Of a stretch of DNA of 64,000 nt, positions 63,753 through 64,000 are shown in pieces (the stretch's first letter is position 1; each line of letters opens with the position of its first letter). The position numbers were made by a program, and so were the translations under genes. This stretch comes from an uncultured Acidobacteriota bacterium (GTDB lineage: Bacteria; Actinomycetota; Acidimicrobiia; Spongiisociales; ZC4RG35): the NCBI GenBank assembly GCA_963837055.1, contig CAWILU010000006.1, positions 192,389 to 256,388 on the forward strand, given 5' to 3'. The notes beneath the pieces are model-generated. The model did no database searches and had not been told where the DNA came from. It saw only the letters and a list, made by a program, of their open reading frames with translations.

Positions 63753-63995
63753 TCAGCCTGCCGGCTGCGCTTCGCCCTGCTGGCTCCGATACCGGGCGAT
63801 GATCTCGTCCTGAAGGGCGTCGATCACGGTGTGGAGCTGACGACGCTGGGCAGAGAGCTCAGACTCCACCTCCTGGAGACGCTCGATTGCCTCGCTGAGC
63901 TCCTCGCTGCTCAGCTCGGGGAGCTGGGTGAGGATGCCGTCGTCCATGATCTTGTCGATGAGACGACGACCCGTGGTCGCGGGAAGGGGGGGCAT
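63753..63995 (-). CDS. Small coiled-coil protein, RsiG-like
   Basis: 80 aa. ELSSEELSEAIERLQEVESELSAQRRQLHTVIDALQDE matches E-x3-S-x2-R-x3-(Q/H)-x3-D. Confidence 0.4.
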   Translation of the reverse strand: MPPLPATTGRRLIDKIMDDGILTQLPELSSEELSEAIERLQEVESELSAQRRQLHTVIDALQDEIIARYRSQQGEAQPAG

Positions 63996-64000
63996 TGTGT

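Noticed and set aside
1-64000. tRNA, rRNA, tmRNA, RNase P, SRP RNA, transposase, integrase and prophage genes.
   Set aside because: I looked for T-loop GGTTCGA-type motifs, the RNase P GAGGAAAGTCCGGGC box, the SRP GGAAGCAGCC box, and DDE or tyrosine-recombinase-like ORFs. I found none. The only selfish-element-like gene is the DUF222-HNH pseudogene.

Overview
This is a high-GC, actinobacterium-like chromosomal segment. The taxon is inferred only from GC-rich third codon positions, many GTG/TTG starts, ATGA/GTGA stop-start overlaps, and the presence of Rex, SurE, DUF222-HNH, LLM-type and RsiG-like genes. The window is dominated by respiratory-chain genes. (1) 1-7663, minus strand: an 11-subunit complex-I-like operon, nuoA-B-C-D-H-I-J-K-L-M, with no nuoEFG; nuoM runs off the left edge. 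Two of its spacers carry a ~100-nt structured repeat in opposite orientations. (2) 27796-42644, minus strand: a complete 14-gene nuoA-N operon. A beta-helix/membrane protein gene follows it and overlaps the nuoN stop. (3) 49388-59005: two divergent operons. The minus-strand operon encodes a membrane protein (frameshifted), a 2x[4Fe-4S] ferredoxin, a split cytochrome b6 plus subunit-IV-like pair, a Rieske protein, a 640-aa dihaem cytochrome c with a large acidic insert, and a small membrane protein. The plus-strand operon encodes a cbb3 CcoN homologue that appears to lack every canonical haem/Cu histidine ligand, then a CcoO-like monohaem protein and a class-I cytochrome c. Three of these membrane subunits share a ~45-aa N-terminal module. 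I rate this locus the most unusual system in the window. rex lies between the respiratory clusters. Other content: alkaline-phosphatase-family, PfkB and SurE genes; a 51-aa metallothionein-like ORF absent from the ORF track; an Fe3+-type ABC importer; moaA; a GH51/LacI/sugar-ABC/GH3 locus whose transporter genes carry several frameshifts; a frameshifted DUF222-HNH gene behind a perfect SOS box; LLM oxidoreductase, HAD and geranylgeranyl-reductase genes; and DUF62, Clp1-like kinase, CAP-domain, YbjN-like, asparaginase-II and RsiG-like genes. I recognised no rRNA, tRNA, CRISPR array, transposase or integrase. All identifications rest on motif recognition by eye. Start codons were chosen from stop-start overlaps and Shine-Dalgarno-like purine runs and may be off by some codons.
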